Positions 1-15,059 are shown, counted from the first letter of the whole stretch. The stretch is DNA of 63,966 nt, filler included, from Octopus bimaculoides (GCF_001194135.2; 10 parts of 10 records of this genome joined end to end with filler, not necessarily neighbours in it), one strand, 5' to 3'. Translations and numbers: made by a program. The notes: generated by a model from the letters alone, not told the origin.

Positions 1-136
<136 letters not shown>

Positions 137-674
137 CAGAAAGTGACTGTATATATGCATAAATGCTTGTAAGTTTATATGCATATATAAAGATTAGTGC
201 TTGCGTTGAAAGACGCATATATACATGCGTACATGTATACACACACATTCATACATGTATACATACACACACACATACATACTTACATACATACATACAT
301 ACATGCATACACACACATACATACACACATACATACATGCATACACACACATACATACATAATACATACATGCATACATACATACATACATACATACATA
401 CATACAGATCTACCGTAATGGACATTCCTTTCAAGATGGTCGACTGGATTTCAACATTTTACTATAGACTTCAACCACTTTCTCTTTCTCTAATCCGCAC
501 TTCCTGTCTCTCTTATTCTCTTTCTATCGATCGATTTATCTATTTGCATAATGTATGTATATGTGTGTACGTGTGTGAATGTGTATGCTTGTGTGCGTGC
601 TTATGTGTATATGTAAGCATGTATGAATTGATGTATGTATGCATGTATAAATGAATGCATGTCTTTCTCTTTAG

Positions 675-791
675 CATGTTACGTCCACAACGTCCGGCGT
701 TCCGAAACATGAAAGTGGTTGTGGAATATACAGTTCGATATAACAACAGCTTTGTTGAAACAGTCCAGGTCAAGCTCCTCTGTGCAGCCTG
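675..791 (+). CDS. Candidate internal coding exon A of an unidentified gene (MLRPQRPAFRNMKVVVEYTVRYNNSFVETVQVKLLCAA)
   Basis: Acceptor tttctctttag, donor TG|gtaaac, 117 nt, phase 2-2. It is the only frame open across the interval, in non-repetitive sequence. No family recognised. Confidence 0.4.
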
Positions 792-1189
792 GTAAACAAG
801 AATATATAAAAATACAAGCAACAGCATTAGTAAGAATAACCACATCCGGTTATGTGACTACAACGCCTTAGACATTAGTGGTAAAGCACACAGGAAAGAG
901 AGAAAATCCATTTCAGACATGCTAAATGTATTTAAAAATTTCAGGGACATCTACTATCATTATAAAAGCATTATCCTGATTGACATGTCAGCATACTAAC
1001 TCCTCCGAGTACTGTCACTGAATAATAACAGACATAATTCATGACCCTGAAACGGCACAAACAACCATCTTAAATTCCAGATTCCTACTAAATCCACACG
1101 ATAATTGCTCATTCCTTGATTGAGAAAAACGAGAGATTCTATACTGCTGAACAGACACACTCCATTCCTTTCTTCAATTTCATTGACTA

Positions 1190-1530
1190 GGCTGCAGTTA
1201 CGCTACCATATACATTTATCCCTGGCGCGAAATCCTCTTGCGATCAAACACTGCTAGAGACCTTGGAGTGACCGTTGATGACTTAGCTGGAGTGCTCGCA
1301 TAAACAACAAAATTGACGTGGGCCTACGGTGTAGGGGATGCTCCTACCATTATCCTATTCTTCTCTACCTTCGCTCTTCCTCACCTTGAATACTGGAGTC
1401 CGCTGTCGTCTCCCTAAACGAAACAATGTATTATAAAATTTAAAGCAGAGATAGTCACAACAAAAGAATCGTCAACATGCGAGGACTTGATTACTGGGTT
1501 CGGCTCTTGAAGCCCAAACTCCAACTCGAA
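1190..1530 (+). mobile_element. Degenerate CR1/L2-type LINE, RT C-terminal fragment
   Basis: Broken frames give RDLGVTVDD-LSWSAHIN, LPHLEYWSPLSSP and KRIVNMRGLDYWVRL, matching the CR1-clade post-RT motifs (RDLGV..D, LEYCSP.W.P, DYW.RL). Confidence 0.7.
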
Positions 1531-3782
1531 CCCTCAGAAAAAGGCTACATCTGTCATCCTCATTTGCACGAATCGTGCAGACTGAAGAAAAGAAGGAACT
1601 GCCATTTTCATCTGTGGTCTGCTTACTGAGGATGCAAAGGGTATATTATCAAGTAGTTCCTTTGAAACACTGAAGTCAGTCATTCAGTAATTATAATTAA
1701 CTAATAATTACCGACATTATCTGTGCGAAATAAAGCTAATGACCTAACTGCAAGCCACCTCAAGCATCTTCTCATTGTTTCCAAGGGTATCCCAAGAAAA
1801 CCAACTTTTCCTCTAAGTAATTTGTGAAACAGATTACTGATGGGATAATTTAGCGATCGTTATATGGATTGGTAAACCAATTCTTTGAAATCTATTAATT
1901 ACACCTCCACTTCAAATAAAACCCCAGAAGAAAATCATTTAACATTTCGACTCTTTGACTGTCATGGTTCATGCTGGAGTTATCAATATACAAAGGTTTC
2001 TGACTTAGAAACAAGACCAGCAATTCTGCGGAGAGAGGGTTAAGCTTTTCAGTAGTAGTATCCCTATTTCAGTTTGGGAAACACTTTTTCCAGTGCATGA
2101 TACAGTACACGGTGACCTTTATGTCTAGCATTCCGAACCCAAATCTCGCACCCTCATTTCGGTACGCACATTTGACTATATGGATCTGCACAAAACAAAC
2201 TGGGGAGCAATTATACATGACCTATTGTTTGTCGACTGGTGTTTCACACACACAGGCACAAACTACACACACACACACATATATATACACATAAACACAC
2301 ATATATGCAAACAAAATGCTTTTTCATGCATCAAAGCGACTAGACAGATGTTTGAGAATATGGTTACCAATATATGCTCAAACCACACCCGACACAGGAC
2401 TTGTAAATAGAAATGGAAGTAGGATCCCTAGAGAAAAATATAATTATAGAAAATAAAAAAAAAAATCTTAATTAGATGAAGAAAATAAGTAAACTATGCA
2501 ACCCTCATCCATATACAACCACTGGGCCTGTGTGTGATCGCTCAGAACAGCCAAACTCTTCCCCAACGAATGGTATACATACATGCAAGGCCAGTCCGTC
2601 TTAACAGCATTGCAGGCTCCTGGGACAATTAAATGCTCCGGGTATAAATATTTTGAAAGCAAGCAACAACATATGTAAATTAGAACTGAGTCCCTAGACC
2701 TGTGACACCCCTGGCAACTGTCCTGTGAGCCCATGCCTTAAGGCGGCACTGCATACATATACTTCCTGATTTTCATTGTTATTGAGAATAAATATGCAAG
2801 TTATCGTTTTGATTCGCGCTGTTCACCGTGCAAACAATGGTTCATTTTCGGCTGGCTGGTAGTAACTGTTCGCTGAAATTATAGACAAGAACATCGGTTC
2901 TTTTTAGATTCATTGGTCGGGATACTTCAGACTAACGAGACGCAATATATCTAAATGACGGTGTCCTACAATTCTTTGTGCTAATGCATAAAGTGTGATA
3001 TGAACATGAGTAGTCGGGAAAGGACAAGCTTTTCTCCCGTAACGAATACATCAGCAACTAAGATATTTACGTTCGAATCTGCTGGAACATATTAAACAAG
3101 TAACTCGCCGTTTCAATTCCCGCTGATTACTGGGAAAATAACGATTTATTTTTATTAAACATTTCCAAGAAAGATGGAAACGAAATGATTATTACAATAA
3201 AATTTAAGCGTTTATCAAGAACAATGAAATAAATACAGTAACTTATATTAAGTTGCTCAACCTAACATGTTCTACTATTTTCATCTACATTTTTCATTTT
3301 TCTTTGTTTCAATCATTGGATTGCGGCCATACTGGAGCACCACTTGAGGAGTTTACTCAAACAAATCAATCTCGGTACTTATTTTTAAGTCTCGTACCTG
3401 TTTTCGCAGCCACTTTAACCGAACCGCTAGGTTGAAGGACGTAAACACACCAATACTACTTATCAAGGAAATACATACAGACACAGACATACGCACACAC
3501 ACACATACCACACACACACATACGTATGCATGTATGTATGCATAGATATATTAAAAGGTTAGAACAGAGATTTACATATCCAGGTTTTATTAAACAGTTA
3601 ATCACATCTTTCCATGACGTGAAAAAATCTGATTAACTGAACCCCAAACTACCTGTTGCAAAGCGAACTTCTTAGCCACTTAACCATTACTTAAACATTT
3701 ACAGGAATTCTGGAAATAATAAATCTTTGAAGAAACTTTGCAGCATCTGGGGAAGAGTTCGAAACAAAATAGACAAATTGTT

Positions 3783-4032
3783 TTTATTTGTTTCAGTCAT
3801 TTGACGGCATCCATGCTGAAGCACCACCTTTAGTCCAACAAATCGACACTAGGACTTATTCTTTGTAAGCCTAGTATTTATTCTATCGGTCATTTTTGCC
3901 GAACCGCTAATGTTACGGGGACGTAAACACACCATCATCGGTTGTCAAACGATGGTGGGGTGACAAACACAGACACACAAGCACAGACATATAGACACAC
4001 AGACACACACAAACACACACACATACATATAT

Positions 4033-4092
<60 letters not shown>

Positions 4093-4238
4093 GTACGACA
4101 AGATTCTTTCAGTTTCCGCCTACCAGACCCACTCACAAGACTTTGGTCGGCCCGAGGTTATAGTGGAAGACACTTGACGAAGGTGCCACGCAGTGGGACT
4201 AAACCCGGAACCTTACCACTCAGCCATGCCTGTGCCTA
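3783..4238 (-). mobile_element. tRNA-derived SINE with internal (CA)n tract
   Basis: Reverse complement of the family also at 44039-44375 and 17533-17890 (head ...gggtttagtcccactgcgtggcacc..., tail gactgaaacaa). Confidence 0.8.
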
Positions 4239-4614
4239 TAAATGTATTGTAAAGTAAATGTATGCATAAATGTATGTATAAATGTATTATAAAGTAACAT
4301 GCACGGTCAAGTATTGAACTATGGATATGAAAGCAAAATGATATAAAACACTGAAAAATTTATGGGAATTATAAAGGGTATCTCCAAAAAATATTGAAGT
4401 AATTTTGAAAAGACGAAAATAGTAAAATAGTAAAATGTGAAAGATATTTTGACTTGCTAAGATCCAAAGAGAGGACAAAAGACTGCATTAATTGGACATT
4501 AGCTATTCTCCAACGTATTCTGAACTATGTACACAATGCCAGTAATCTGTGACCCATATAAATAAAATTTTATATTTCAATATCTACAGCTCTCACATCA
4601 TATTTTATATATTA

Positions 4615-4900
4615 CTAGCAGAGCAACCCGGCGTTGCCCGGGAATGAAATTGTTGCTTATATACTGGAAGGAAAAAAGCAAAATATGCTGTATAGAAATC
4701 TGAGGACATTCTGTAGATGGACTCTAAGATGAATGATGACTGGGCACCTCTCATGAATTGGAAAATTGAAGATGCGCCAAAAAGCCTCATTGGTACTTGG
4801 AAACTTTTACGAAAATTAAAATGTGGATTAAATGAAAAAAATGATTTACGTGAATATCCTCACAAGAGTAATTGAAATAAATTGCGATTGTGGAACCCCT
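4615..4900 (-). mobile_element. Non-autonomous Helitron-like 3' end
   Basis: Minus strand shows the GC hairpin cccgggcaacgccggg followed by CTAG then T, the canonical Helitron 3' terminus. The left boundary is firm; the right boundary is approximate. Confidence 0.55.
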
Positions 4901-6039
4901 CAGGCATGCACGAAAGCACACACGCACGCGCACGCACACACACAGAGTATCACACATCAGATGAAATGGANNNNNNNNNNNNNNNNNNNNNNNNNNNNNN
5001 NNNNNNNNNNNNNNTTAATTAATTAANNNNNNNNNNNNNNNNNNNNNNNNNNNNNNNNNNNNNNNNNNNNTGGTGGTGGTGGTGGTGGTGGTGGCGGCGG
5101 CAGCAGTAGTGGATGGCGGTGTTGTTAGTGCGGTGGTGTTGGTGTCGGTGGGTGTTTCTGGGGTAGTTTACGGTGGCGGTGGTAGTGATGATTGTCGTTG
5201 TCTTGGTGGTAGTTACTATGGTGGTGCTTGTTAGAAGTGGTGCTTCTGATGTGACGGTGGTGTTGGTGAAGAGGTGGTGGTCGTAGTGGTGGTGGAGGTG
5301 GAAGTGGTGGCGATGTAGAAATTAGTGGTGATGGTGGAAGTAGGTGTTGTAGTGTAGTGATGGTGGTATTATTAGTGTGTGTAATGATGGTGGTAGTGGT
5401 GTTAGTGGTTGTAGTTGTGTGGTAGTACTTTGTCGTTATTGTTGTCTAGCCCTGATTGAATCCACTTATTATGTAAGGTATTCTAGTCATGACCAACCTC
5501 TTATGATAGAAACAGCAGCTAAATCTCTCCCACATCACTTTTTAACGACATCACACGGACAATGTGATCATGGGTATGCAAAAAGACGGAGTGGTCACAG
5601 TTGGAATGCTTTTAATCATGTCAGCTCGATCAGAACTGACAGGTTTAATAACAGCAGCGACAGCGACGACGATAACGTGGAATCTTGGACAAATTTCTTC
5701 TTCTGTAACTTTGGATTGACTCAGAGGCTCTGCAAAGTGTCATAGGCACTGACTTTCTTCCTTGAATAATGTGTGTATATATGTGTATGTTTGTATACAG
5801 ACATACGCATATGCATACACACTTAAGGAAGTAAGTTACCGTATACTTGCCCCATCACGCAATGTCTAAAGGGCAACAATACGTGAAAACAGAAAGACAG
5901 TTAAACCACGTGCTCAAAGAGCTACCCCGTTAACTGTGTGGACCTTATCTTTTCATAGATCTAATAATAATACTTAAAACAGAACGATTCTTGAGTGTAC
6001 GGATCAGACTCGACATAATGAGTCGATAAAAATAAGCCA

Positions 6040-6204
6040 AAATTTGTAAGACGGTTTGCAGTGAAACTTCCAATGAAAAGTCCTTTCTGTCCTGTCAAAT
6101 CTGGTTTTAGAGGTTTAAGAAGCGCTTGAATTTGCTCAACAAAAAATAACAAGCGAACCTACCAGTGCTGATACAGAGGCTGGTACTAATAATCCTGAGC
6201 AGGT

Positions 6205-6291
<87 letters not shown>

Positions 6292-7636
6292 GAGAAAAGA
6301 GATTAAAAAAACGATTATTAAAAAGAAGTTACACACCAAAACAATTATACAATGTTGACGAAACGCTCGTTCTAAAAACCTGCTCGAACTTTATGCCACC
6401 AGAAGAAAAATCCTCACCAGGATTTAATGCTTCAAAAAGCTGTCCGACAAGTCTTCTGGGAGGATATGTCACTGATGATATGAAATTAAAGCCCTTGATC
6501 TTGTATCACTCCGAAAATCCAACGGATTTCATGGGTTACGTAAAGTTTAATACATCTCTGATTTGGCGTTTTCACAAACATTTTTTTTGTCCTGCTGTAG
6601 AAAGGTACAGCACCAGAGAATATTTCCAATAAAGTGCTGCTTCGTTTAGTCAGGGCACCAAGCCACCCAGTGAATTTAAATAAGCTTTCTGATAATTTGA
6701 GAGGAGGATATATCGTCAAGAATACTTCTTTGCTCTTGCTAATGGATCAAAGCAAATAATCAAAGAACTTTCAAGAAATGAAACCCTTGACTTTGAATGG
6801 TGCTTGGAAAAAATATATATAACCGTCCTGCATTCATGACTTTACAAGTTTTCAACATGAAGGAAGTCTACATCAAATTCAGAAAGGTATTTGTGACACT
6901 TGCAAAAGATGTAGGGTTTAAAGAAATCAGAGAAATTGTGCGTGAGTAAATAGTGTCCCATAGAGAAAGTTTATCTAACGAGGAGTTGACGCTGTTAGAG
7001 AAAGTGTTAATTAAGAATATTGATGCGAATACTGAAATTCCACTAAATCCACTTAAATTGCTAAGGGGTTGACACTTATAAAGGGAAGGTTTGCAAGTCT
7101 ATGTTGATAACTACAGTTGTGAACAGAACACAAAGGTTACAAGAGGAGTTTACAATAAGCTCAGTTTCTATACTGAGCTGCACCATAAACATCAAACAAT
7201 TTTGGATAAGTTTTTCGTCCTTCAAGCAGATGTTGATGGTGGTGAAGTATAAGACAGAAGATAATGTCCCACGTCTTCTTTGAAACACTCATTTCACCAC
7301 TACCCTTCACATAGTATTCTACATCCTTTGTGATAAGAACATATCTTGTTACGATATTACGACTCTTATTTATTCCCTAACATATTTCTCTTCAAGTGAT
7401 TTTATGTATAAATATTGTACAGTGGAGGGTTAGAAATTGCTATTTCTTGTATAAAAGTGGTCATGTTGCTCTCTGCATCACCAACCCTTTCTGAAAAAGT
7501 ACGTCGGAACGCACTCCCACTCAGTAAGTAACATATGAAAATCAACCGAAAAGTTAAGTTCGCGTTTCAGGATTTTGTGTCACGACTTCCTGATTTTCAG
7601 GAACACATTATTCCTGTGATACGGGGGATGTCTGTA
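6040..7636 (+). mobile_element. Tigger/pogo-type DNA transposon relic interrupted by (AG)n
   Basis: Frames give WF.GLRS..EPTSADTEA, EEKSSPGFNASK, LLGG...DMKLKPLILYHSENP (TIGD/DDE_1 motifs). Terminal-repeat-like end acgggggatgtctg followed by TA. Confidence 0.75.
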
Positions 7637-7769
7637 ATTGCGTCTTCTGAGTGCTGCTACAGATGATGTTGTTGTTGTTGTTAAGCCTATGTCAGCTGTG
7701 ATCGAGCTGACATGACTAAAAGGAACCCAACTGTGACCATTCCATCTTTTTGCACACCCATGATCATAT

Positions 7770-7955
7770 TCTTTTCTACTCTAGGCACAAGGCCCGAAAT
7801 TTTTGGGGAGATGACCAATCGATTAGATCGACCTCAGTACGCAACTGGTACTTAATTTATCGACCCCGAAAGGAATTTGAACTCACAACTTAAAGACAGA
7901 CGAAATATCGCTAAGCTTTCCGCCCGGCGTGCTAACGTTTCTGCCAGTCGCCGCC
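7770..7955 (-). mobile_element. CORE-type tRNA-derived SINE with 14-bp target-site duplication
   Basis: Same family as 42390-42545 and 28400-28592. Flanked by identical acccatgatcatat at 7756-7769 and 7960-7973. Confidence 0.8.
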
Positions 7956-8239
7956 TTATACCCATGATCATATCATTCATGTGGTGTCGGCACAGCGTGA
8001 TGTGAGAGAGATTTAGCTGCTATTTCTAACAGGAGGGGTAACCGCCATGATGTCGCTTCGTCAACTCATGGTGGACGTAGTATTTATTGTATGGCATGTA
8101 GTGTTGTGTATAACATGTAGCATTTGTATGACATGTAGCAGTTATAAGCAATATATGTTATTCCTCGTGGTATAGCGACGTGATACAATTTCGTACGGCG
8201 TGGGATGGAGTAAATTACTAAGTAAGTTGTTGGCACTCC

Positions 8240-8603
8240 GTCGCTTACGATGTCGAGGGTTCCAGTTGATCCGATCAACGGAACAGCTTGCTCGTGAAAT
8301 TAACGTGCAAGTGGCTGAGCACTCCACAGACACGTGTACCCTTAGCGTAGTTCTCGGGGATATTCAGCGTGACACAGTGTGACAAGGCTGACCCTTTTGA
8401 ATTACAGGCACAACAGAAACAGGAAGAAAGAGTGAGAGAAAGTTGTGGTGAAAGAGTACAGCAGGGTTTACCACCATCCCCTGCCGGAGCCTCGTGGAGC
8501 TTTAGGTGTTTTCGCTCAATAAACGCCCGGTCTGGGAATCGAAACCGCGATCTTATGACCACAGGTCCGCTGCCCTAACCACTGGGCCATTGTGCCTGCA
8601 CCA
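8240..8603 (-). mobile_element. Second tRNA-derived SINE family
   Basis: Minus strand starts with tRNA-like A/B boxes (tggcccagtggttagg ... ggtttcgattccc). A fragment of the same tail recurs near 31375-31430. Confidence 0.65.
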
Positions 8604-9048
8604 CTAAGTAAGTAAGTAAATAAGTAAGTGAGTAACTGACTAACTAACTAAGTTTGTAAGTTAGTAAATAAGTATGTAAGTAACTAAATGATATTGTGTG
8701 GTATATTGTATTGTGTAGTAATTAGCATAGAATAGTGTACTGGTTCAGTAGGGTATGGAGTGTGGTGTGATGTAGTGGCTGTGATAGTGTAATGACGAGA
8801 GAGAAAGGTCAGTCATGCTTGATATACTCTCTCCTCAACAATAAGACATTCACTTTTATACTTGAGTTGACTCAATGGTTGAACGACATCGAATCAACTT
8901 CATTACACACTTGTGTCACTCTTTCTTTCATATTCAGAATCTCTTTCTCTCTCTCTCACTCTGGCTCTCCTTTTCTCTCTCTCACTCTGGCTCTCCCTTT
9001 CTCTCTCTCACTCTGGCTCTCCCTTTCTCTCTCTCTCTCTTCCTTTCC

Positions 9049-9085
<37 letters not shown>

Positions 9086-9106
9086 CATCCATCCATCCAT
9101 CCATCC

Positions 9107-9172
<66 letters not shown>

Positions 9173-9343
9173 GTTTCTTTACTTATCTGCTTTTCTATCA
9201 CAATATCTTATCTATTAACTTCCAATCTTCACTAAACACTTTTCATTCTTTCTTTGTTTCTTGCCCTGATTCTTCTCTCCTCCGTTCAGTCTGACACTCT
9301 GCCTGCTTTTTCAGTTTGTCTGCCTTTCTCTCTCTCTCTATAG

Positions 9344-9414
9344 CCGAGACTGCGAAGTAAAATATCCACCAGAGTCCGAGGACTCCGGTGAATGTTCAAC
9401 GTTAGCAATAATAG
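9344..9414 (+). CDS. Candidate coding exon B (RDCEVKYPPESEDSGECSTLAII)
   Basis: Long pyrimidine tract ending tag, donor AG|gtagcc (alternative G|gtgaat after 9387). Phase 2-1, compatible with exon A. Confidence 0.3.
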
Positions 9415-9549
9415 GTAGCCAATAGGAGAGGTCATTCAGTTGAATTACCCTGAGAAGTCAGAAGTTAACATTGAAGACCAATTGTCATTCGTTTGAGTGA
9501 AAGAAAGGATGAAGGAATGGGGGAAGAGAGAGGAAAGGGAGGAAATGAG

Positions 9550-9865
<316 letters not shown>

Positions 9866-10114
9866 TCCCGTCTCTCTTCCTCATATTTAAACGAAATGGT
9901 ACAGCTGCCATTCCTCACGTTAAGTGAACTTATAGAATTGACCTAGAATGTCCAATATTTCCATTGAAAGCGATTAATCAATATTTACCTCCTTCTTCAC
10001 CTCCCTCCTTACCTACTGGTCCACAAGAGAGTTAGATGACCCTTCCATCATTGTTCGCAAATACTCCCATTCTTGCGAACTCAGTGTACACGCACACACA
10101 CACACACACACACA

Positions 10115-10300
10115 TGCCTTTAGTCGAACAAATCAACCCCAGGACTTATTCTTTGTAAGCCTAGTACTTATTCTATCGGTCTCTTTTGCCGAACCGCTAA
10201 GTGACGGGGACGCAAGCACGTCAACATCGGTAGTCAAGCGATGATGAAGGAGCAAACACACACACACAAACACACACACGCGCATATGTGTGTGTTTGTT

Positions 10301-10337
<37 letters not shown>

Positions 10338-10435
10338 CGAGGCTATAGTAGAAGACACTTGCCCAAGGTGCCACGCAGTAGACTGTACCCCGAACCATGT
10401 GGTTGGTAAGCAAGCTACTTACCACACAGCCACTC
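10115..10435 (-). mobile_element. tRNA-derived SINE, partial
   Basis: Matches the family at 3783-4238 and 44039-44375. Confidence 0.75.
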
Positions 10436-10533
<98 letters not shown>

Positions 10534-10633
10534 NNNNNNNNNNNNNNNNNNNNNNNNNNNNNNNNNNNNNNNNNNNNTTAATTAATTAANNNNNNNNNNN
10601 NNNNNNNNNNNNNNNNNNNNNNNNNNNNNNNNN

Positions 10634-10959
10634 TTTCCATTCTCTCGTTTAACTGTGAGGAAGGAAGACTAGGAAATTCTTTTTCGAACGAAACACTGCA
10701 AAATGCAGCGTTCGTGTCACAAAGATTTTCATGGCTACAAGACGCCATCGTCTCAAAAAAAAATGGCTAGAAAGCCGAAATTGGTTTTTATATCCTGGAA
10801 ATGTGCCACACAGGGCAGATTTCCGTCGCAAAAACTTGCACCAGAGAGTCTACAAGTTGTTATACAACTTTGTATATAAAATAAACTTTACAAACAAACT
10901 TTTTAAAACATGAAAAAGGCAAAACGTACGGAGCCGACACGTCTACCGTCCGTCCATAG

Positions 10960-11006
<47 letters not shown>

Positions 11007-11030
11007 GACGCGGAATTTTCAGTTTTCCAA
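10634..11030. repeat. Probable interior of an interspersed non-autonomous element, possibly Helitron-like, with (GATA)n
   Basis: Non-coding sequence with embedded tetranucleotide repeat next to a gap. Termini not visible; assignment is inference. Confidence 0.3.
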
Positions 11031-12384
11031 GATCGCTTAGAATGCACCTGTTGACACGATTATACAGTGGCCCAATCTGCAGCGCAGTTCGAATGAACCC
11101 AACACCACGTCGTTCTCAAGCGAACCTCTTAACGATTCAGCCACATGTGTGTGAGCATGTGTGTGTTTATGTGTGTATGTTTGTGTATGTGCATGTCTGT
11201 GTGTGTGTTTGTGTGTGTATGTGTGTGTATGTGCATGCCTGTGTGTGCGCGTATGTGTGTGTGTGCGTGTGTATGTATGTGTCGGTGAGTGTGTGCATAC
11301 GTGCATTTGTTTACCGGAGTAAAATCTGTATTGTGTCAAAAAACCAAATTACTTGTGAAATATACATACAATAATTACCAGACGAGATAATGAGATACAT
11401 ACAGTCAACTTGAGCGTATTGCCTCAGTCGTCCAATAACTAAAACCAGCAACAAAATAGAATACAATATATTCACAATTTATGGTGTCTTGCAAAATGTT
11501 GTTAAGCAAAATTTCTATGATGTGGTTCCATTACAGCCATTTTACCTACAAAGTTAATGGCTAAATATCAGAGGGCCATAATTTTACAACAATACTGGCG
11601 CAGGGATGACTGTTTCAGATATTTGCTTCAGAGTTATGAGGTTTTGTGTTCGATTCTATAACGCGGTATTTAGAGCAAATATCTTCCATCTTAGTTTCGA
11701 TTCGATGAAATTTGGTTGAAGAAAATAGTCGTTCGCGTTTTCGGTGAGGTTGACTTAAACGCAGAGTCTTTTGAGGCTACCATCTAGTTCTTGATCTCAC
11801 ATTCGAGTCAGGTCATCTGTTTCTTCCAGCAGACTCAGAAACCATTAAAATGGGATGGATGCATCATTTCGTTCCCTAGCTATGCTATAAAAAACCCCAA
11901 CAATTTAGAGACACTAGTTTTCCTACCTTACATAAAAGAGGTTCCATGCTTTTATAGTTCAGATTAATTTATCCTTCAATAAGCAGAATTTAAGCCTGCA
12001 AGCAAGCCATAGACAGGAGTAAATTGTGGTGAAGACACCACAACAAATATGTTAATGGAAAAACTTTCTTCAATTTCTGAAACGAGAAAGTGTTCGTGCA
12101 AAGCATAACGAGTATTACAAGCAGAAAAAAAGAGTGAATATCATGGAAACAAAATTCAACTGTTCGCCACAGTAAGGTATTTGACCCGTAGCAGGATGCC
12201 AAATGTCTCCCTATCGGAGGTTAACCGACTACTTACTCGAATGAAGCCAAGTAGAAGCCAGGAATGTTTTCCTATTACTACTGAATGAATTGGTCATACT
12301 TAGCGGCCAGCATATTCAGAAGATTGTCTTCAGTCTGAGTAAGAAAGACATACAACGTTCTTAATACATACAATATACATATAT

Positions 12385-13069
12385 ATGCATATTCTTTGCT
12401 GTCACGTCTCGAGAATGAACCTTTTAGGGACCGAATAGTGACTGGTGACGAGAAAAGTGTTCTTTATAAAAATGTCAAACGCTGAAGACAGTGGTTAGGG
12501 AAAGGAGAAACACCGACTAAAGAATGTTTTCACTCATGTAAGGTGTTGTTATCTGTTTGGCGGGATATAAGAGGTTTAGTCGACATTGAACTTTTAAACC
12601 CAAAACAAACGAAAACAAAAGAGATCTACTGCGAGCAACTTCAGAGGCTTAAGTCAGCGCTTGAAGAAAAACTACCATCTTTGGTTTTAAGATGCAAGGT
12701 GTTCTTCCATCAGGATAATTGTCGTACACATACAGGGAGGATGACATTTCAAAGGCTGGAGTAATTTGAATGGGAAACGCTGCCCCACTCAGCATATTCG
12801 CCGGACACTGCCCTGTCCCATTATCATTTATTCCGAAGTCTTCAAAATCATTTGTACGGAAAAAAATATAAATTAGGTATGCGAGGTCAGAACTGTAGTG
12901 GAGGAGCATTTTTCATCACGGACAAGTGAACTGGGGAAGTCTACCAGACAGATGGAAAAGTCTTTTGGAAAATGAAGGAGAGTTTATTTTAGATTGAAAA
13001 AGAACTCTGTTTATTTTAATTTTGAACAATGCAAGTATAAAGAAAACGCATTATTTAAGGGTTGACCCA

Positions 13070-13072
<3 letters not shown>
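12385..13072 (+). mobile_element. Mariner transposase 3' half with right terminal repeat
   Basis: DRIVTGDEK, VLLSVWRDIRG, FFHQDN, EWETLPHSAYSPD motifs. Ends ...ttgacccaa followed by TA. Confidence 0.85.
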
Positions 13073-13121
<49 letters not shown>

Positions 13122-13131
13122 NNNNNNNNNN

Positions 13132-13201
<70 letters not shown>

Positions 13202-13677
13202 ATTCATATGTGAATAGATATATGTGTGCGTGTATGTGCGTGGGCGGGATTTTTAATATATGTAGAAATATATGCGCGTGTATGGATGTGGGTGTGCTTG
13301 TATGAATGCACTGAAGATTTTCGTTTATTTTCGAATAAGGACATTACTTTCCCCATATATGCATTGTGGTTACGTAATTTACATAAATTATATATGCTGA
13401 AATGAAATTCATTTCTACTATCAGTAATAACACTGGTCATTTAAAAACTGCGCAGAAAAAAAAAACGAACACAAAAATGATACTTTATAGAATGATGTAA
13501 TTAAAGCTGGAAATGTGGTTATGAATATTTAATGAGTCGTATTGTTTACAATGGTAACAACGTAACAACACTCGTTTAACGTCATCAGTTTACACGATGT
13601 CGTGCAATGAATATATTTGATTCCCATCCCGTTAAATTCAAATCTCTCCTACGCTTAACACGTCATCTGTATCGCAG

Positions 13678-13760
13678 TCGCTCGCCAAATTGAAATAGAA
13701 TTCAAATCTGTCCACGAACGAAAAACCCACCTCTTTATAAATGTACATGTTGTTCAAAAA
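13678..13760 (+). CDS. Candidate coding exon C (ARQIEIEFKSVHERKTHLFINVHVVQK)
   Basis: Acceptor tcatctgtatcgcag, donor AAA|gtgata. Phase 1-0, bridging exon B to exon D. Confidence 0.3.
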
Positions 13761-13801
13761 GTGATACTTTTAAAAGCACATCGCTCCAGACTCGTACCCA
13801 C

Positions 13802-13857
<56 letters not shown>

Positions 13858-15059
13858 GGATAGATAGATAGATAGATAGATAGATAGTATGAACTTGTGN
13901 NNNNNNNNNNNNNNNNNNNNNNNNNNNNNNNNNNNNNNNNNNNNNNNNNNNNNNNNNNNNNNNNNNNNNNNNNNNNNNNNNNNNNNNNNNNNNNNNNNNN
14001 NNNNNNNNNNNNNNNNNNNNNNNNNNNNNNNNNNNNNNNNNNNNNNNNNNNNNNNNNNNNNNNNNNNNNNNNNNNNNNNNNNNNNNNNNNNNNNNNNNNN
14101 NNNNNNNNNNNNNNNNNNNNNNNNNNNNNNNNNNNNNNNNNNNNNNNNNNNNNNNNNNNNNNNNNNNNNNNNNNNNNNNNNNNNNNNNNNNNNNNNNNNN
14201 NNNNNNNNNNNNNNNNNNNNNNNNNNNNNNNNNNNNNNNNNNNNNNNNNNNNNNNNNNNNNNNNNNNNNNNNNNNNNNNNNNNNNNNNNNNNNNNNNNNN
14301 NNNNNNNNNNNNNNNNNNNNNNNNNNNNNNNNNNNNNNNNNNNNNNNNNNNNNNNNNNNNNNNNNNNNNNNNNNNNNNNNNNNNNNNNNNNNNNNNNNNN
14401 NNNNNNNNNNNNNNNNNNNNNNNNNNNNNNNNNNNNNNNNNNNNNNNNNNNNNNNNNNNNNNNNNNNNNNNNNNNNNNNNNNNNNNNNNNNNNNNNNNNN
14501 NNNNNNNNNNNNNNNNNNNNNAAATATATTTTAAAATTCTGTTTTGTTGCAGTTGTTTAACCCCATGTTACAAAAAAAAAAAGAAAAGCATTCCAGCCGT
14601 AAGCGTCTCATCTTTTGGTATATCTAGTACCACCTTTTCTGATACATGACTTTCTCTTTTAAGGTGTCCGAAGCAAAATTGATTGAGTTTGGTTTCAACT
14701 TTTAGTATGTCGAACAATTGCGTTGGAGTTCTCTCGATAGTCTGAGGGTTATTGTTCTTCTTATTGTTGTTTTGTTGCTGATCTTTTCATTACTGTTGTT
14801 GTTGTTGATGTTGTTTATTGCAGTTGATATTGTTCTTACAGTTTAATTCCTGGCGTATGCTGAATACTTATGATCAAACGACTTCTTTCCAGGCGTGAAC
14901 TTTCAGTATTATTACCAGGCACAGTGCATCTAGAGCGACTTTATATCTAAAGTGTTTCACTCTTATTAAGACACGAGGGTGTGGGCAGATGATCCTTAGG
15001 ATACTATTTTAGAAGATTGGGCGACCGCAAAGATTCTCCACAGTGACTTGTTATTGTGC

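Noticed and set aside
163-654. Long ORFs rich in HT/YI/CV/SL/ER dipeptides here and throughout
   Set aside because: Translations of (CA)n, (TA)n, (CT)n and (CATA)n microsatellites.
5016-5027. TTAATTAATTAA island inside N runs, recurring nine times (also near 10578, 22014, 25523, 29408, 41844, 44420, 61076, 62772)
   Set aside because: An identical 12-mer with stops in all six frames, always flanked by short N runs: an artificial scaffolding linker, not a biological repeat or CRISPR-like array.
13889-14649. 200-320 aa ORFs spanning N runs (also at 27, 30, 34, 40 and 53 kb)
   Set aside because: Open only because N codons are not stops.
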